DNA of 62,997 bases, the filler included, from Hyphochytrium catenoides (lineage: Eukaryota; Protista; Hyphochytriomycota), in assembly GCA_900088475.1 (NCBI GenBank). It is 11 parts of 11 records of this genome, joined end to end, with 100 filler letters (N's around TTAATTAATTAA, not from the genome) between each part and the next. Parts side by side here need not be neighbours in the genome. Positions count along the whole stretch, not along the records: positions 60,237 to 62,997 come from FLMG01004536.1; 10 more parts are not named here. The stretch is one strand, 5' to 3'. The notes under the pieces are model-generated. The model had not been told where the DNA came from, did no database searches, and was given only the letters and a program-made list of their open reading frames with translations. This document shows positions 62,918 through 62,997 of the stretch, in pieces. Both the position numbers and the translations under genes were made by a program. Position 1 is the first letter of the stretch. Each line of letters starts with the position of its first letter.

Positions 62918-62920
62918 TTC
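61270..62920. repeat. (CT)n/(GA)n microsatellite-dense region (similar tracts at 22240, 23580-23870, 54300-54530 and in most introns)
   Basis: Long pure and interrupted TC/GA runs read directly. Confidence 0.95.
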
Positions 62921-62997
62921 TCCCCCTCACCTTGGTAACGAATGTCCCTCCAGGCCTGAGACGAGAGAGAGAGAACCTGAGCGCCAGCTGCGCCAGC

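Overview
Eukaryotic nuclear DNA from an intron-rich protist with GT-AG introns packed with (CT)n/(GA)n tracts. The long M7-M8 loop of its P2C pump hints at a stramenopile-like lineage, but this is unproven. The window is a concatenation of about 11 contigs joined by artificial N-TTAATTAATTAA-N spacers, so adjacency across spacers means nothing. Host genes: an intronless secreted PI-PLC X-domain protein; a 10-exon organellar GatA/QRSL1; a divergently transcribed 3-exon 147-aa Tudor-like protein; a truncated Na+/K+-ATPase-family (P2C) pump; a multi-exon RhoGAP-like/RGS/coiled-coil gene; and the 5' part of MYG1. Mobile DNA: three degenerate Ty1/copia fragments, several solo-LTR families (some with exact TSDs and nested in each other), a 961-bp non-autonomous TIR element with AAT TSD, and a full-length 5.18-kb two-gene PIF/Harbinger-type transposon with both genes disrupted. 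The strongest leads are: (i) the P2C pump has lost canonical cation-binding residues (T774/S775/D804 equivalents are A/V/C), has a large Cys-containing extracellular loop and a 9-nt microexon; (ii) the Harbinger element has an apparent TA target duplication and a SAP+Myb-like accessory gene restorable by removing a solo LTR; (iii) an apparently arginine-finger-less RhoGAP fused to RGS; (iv) a CpA->TpA (RIP-like) mutation tendency in repeats. All calls come from reading the sequence by eye; no searches were run.
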